64,000 nt of DNA from Acidobacteriota bacterium (lineage in GTDB: Bacteria; Acidobacteriota; Vicinamibacteria; Vicinamibacterales; 2-12-FULL-66-21), in NCBI GenBank assembly GCA_016184105.1, contig JACPDI010000031.1, positions 70,673 through 134,672 on the forward strand. The letters are read 5' to 3'. Every line of letters begins with the position of its first letter. Positions within the stretch are counted from its first letter, which is position 1. Under the pieces are notes generated by a model. The model was given only the letters and a program-made list of their open reading frames with translations. It did not search any database and was not told the origin of the DNA. Shown piece by piece: positions 63,313-64,000 of the stretch. The position numbers and the translations under genes were made by a program.

Positions 63313-64000
63313 AGCGGAGCACCATGGCCGTGATGTCGTCGGCCTGCGGCACGCCGGTGGCGTACTCGCGGACGGACGACAGCAGCCCCTCGAGCACGTC
63401 CGACGGCTCGTCGGCGTCCGGGCGCTGCTGGAGCACATCGATGATGCGCGGCTCGCCGTACTCCTCCCCTCCCGCGTTCACCGCTTCGGACACGCCATCG
63501 CTGAAGATCACCAGGCGGTCGCCCGGCGTCAGCATCAGCGTTTCCTCGTCGAACGACGCGGCCTCGAAGAGCCCGACGATCGGGCCGCCGACTTCGAGCT
63601 TGCGCAGCGCGCGCTTCCCTACCAGCAGCGGCGGGTTATGGCCCGCGTTGCAGTAGGTGAGGCGCCCGTCCCGGGTGAGGGTGGCGTAGAAGATCGTCAC
63701 GAAGCGCGACTCGATGCCGCGCCGCACGAGCGCGGCGTTCACCAGCCTGATGGTCGCCGCCGGCCCCAGCGTGGATGCCGCCTGCGCCGCGAAGATGCCC
63801 TGCATCAGCGCGCTGAGCAGCGCCGCGGGAGGGCCTTTGCCCGCCACGTCGCCGAGCGCGAACCCGAACGCCGAGTCGCCGAGGTTGATGTAGTCGAAGA
63901 AGTCCCCGCCGATCGACCGGCACGGGATCGAGGCGGCCGCCGCCCGGAAGAAGGGACCTGCCTGTGTCGCTCTCGGCCACAGCGCCTGTTGAATCTCCGC
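63302..64000 (-). CDS. PP2C/SpoIIE-family serine phosphatase domain protein (5' part beyond the window)
   Basis: The frame is open to nt 64000. GGDFFDYI, GDVAGKG, NAGHNPP and FSDGVSE motifs. Confidence 0.8.
   Translation of the reverse strand, partial: AEIQQALWPRATQAGPFFRAAAASIPCRSIGGDFFDYINLGDSAFGFALGDVAGKGPPAALLSALMQGIFAAQAASTLGPAATIRLVNAALVRRGIESRFVTIFYATLTRDGRLTYCNAGHNPPLLVGKRALRKLEVGGPIVGLFEAASFDEETLMLTPGDRLVIFSDGVSEAVNAGGEEYGEPRIIDVLQQRPDADEPSDVLEGLLSSVREYATGVPQADDITAMVLRYDG

Overview
This is a very GC-rich bacterial chromosomal window. By eye about two-thirds of it is G+C, except for a few short AT-rich islands. It is densely coding and has no rRNA, tRNA, CRISPR, transposase or integrase genes that I can see. 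No phylum can be assigned from sequence alone.

Layout:
- (a) 1-21.4 kb: surface-polysaccharide region. It holds a 5'-truncated secreted CBM-like repeat protein and a minus-strand sugar-modification operon (GT2, TagF-like, epimerase, Gfo/Idh/MocA). Next come a secreted EEP-family enzyme with a decayed duplicate, then a long plus-strand operon of three GT4 glycosyltransferases, a heparinase II/III-like protein, three AsnB-type amidotransferases (the third frameshifted) and a nucleotide-sugar dehydrogenase.
- (b) 21.4-26 kb: REC-PilZ regulator, a DUF882-SET-YqiA operon, YajQ, a lipoprotein and a metallophosphoesterase.
- (c) 26-29.6 kb: a tightly packed four-gene operon with no known function. 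It encodes two paralogous lipoproteins carrying protein-kinase-like motifs, a DUF4956 membrane protein and a PLD-like protein.
- (d) 29.7-35.5 kb: the imuA-imuB-dnaE2 mutagenesis cassette. It is unusually loaded with in-frame palindromic insertions, heptamer, 12-mer and 15-mer tandem arrays, and a zinc-ribbon insertion.
- (e) 35.6-38.8 kb: MFS transporter, a His-rich metal transporter, a DsbD-N-like protein and a Gly-zipper lipoprotein.
- (f) 39-60.2 kb: a Pho supercluster with phoB/phoR-like genes, PiT+DUF47, and porin-pstSCA ... pstB-phoU. The pst operon is split by an ~11.5 kb insert. The insert carries an ArsR (CVC motif), an AT-rich repeat-flanked four-helix-bundle (23S rRNA IVS protein family) cassette, and a multiheme-cytochrome/cytochrome-b/HK/RR operon. 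It also carries SixA, CHAD, Ppx, two thymidylate-kinase-like paralogs and a PTP. Phased 11-bp direct-repeat hexamers (Pho-box-like) precede four transcription units.
- (g) 60.2-64 kb: yacG (not in the ORF track), gltA, a strong terminator, a LeuA-like synthase and a partial PP2C phosphatase.

The strongest candidates for something new are the repeat- and palindrome-decorated mutasome operon, the kinase-like-lipoprotein/DUF4956/PLD operon, the IVS-like cassette inside the pst operon, and the cytochrome-coupled two-component operon.
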